The translations under genes were made by a program, and so were the position numbers. From positions 111,848,001 through 111,912,000 of the forward strand of contig NC_043000.1 in assembly GCF_006345805.1 (NCBI RefSeq): a stretch of 64,000 bases of DNA. Direction: 5' to 3'. This DNA comes from Octopus sinensis. Lineage: Eukaryota. The notes under the pieces were generated by a model. It saw nothing but the letters and a program-made list of their open reading frames with translations. It did no database searches and had not been told where the DNA came from. Shown here piece by piece: positions 63,752-64,000 of the stretch (within the stretch, counting starts at the first letter, position 1; each line of letters opens with the position of its first letter).

Positions 63752-63782
<31 letters not shown>

Positions 63783-64000
63783 GCTGTATTGAAGTATGTA
63801 TAAACAGAAACACTTGTGTAAACATAAATAGGTCAGAGAAAAAGTATTTTCTGACAAAAAATTTTTCTCATGCCCAGTAGATTCTATTGGGATATAAATG
63901 TAAAGATATTGGTTGAGAGAAAGAAGATAAAAAAAATGACAAGATTTGAACCAAGGATTCTAGATAATGGAACAGTAAATAATCACACAAACTGCTCTAA

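Overview
Repeat-rich, AT-rich eukaryotic DNA. The SINE and LINE families and microsatellite style point to an octopus or other coleoid cephalopod (inference from recognised repeat families, not a search). The one clear host gene is CREBL2 (REPTOR-BP-like bZIP, + strand), with coding exons 27640-27840 and 40526-40996 across a 12.7-kb phase-0 intron. The rest is tRNA-derived SINEs (at least four families), RTE LINE fragments and their (GAT)n-tailed 3' UTRs, an R4/Dong remnant, mariner remnants, MITEs and simple repeats. The most interesting signal is a Penelope-like element (PLE)/hammerhead ribozyme (HHR) system. (1) A young-looking, 5'-truncated Neptune-type PLE (44091-47589) keeps an open GIY-YIG frame and is flanked by ~655-bp near-identical inverted arms, each with an intact type I HHR, inside (TA)n. 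(2) A miniature insertion of a related family (62821-63022) inverts at the same conserved TTATAA site. (3) A tRNA-headed SINE carries a minimal HHR and is inserted with the same inverted architecture (13861-14641), suggesting a PLE-mobilised SINE. (4) Further HHR candidates of other families lie at 9810-9844 and 17350-17438. All structures were folded by eye; none was tested computationally.
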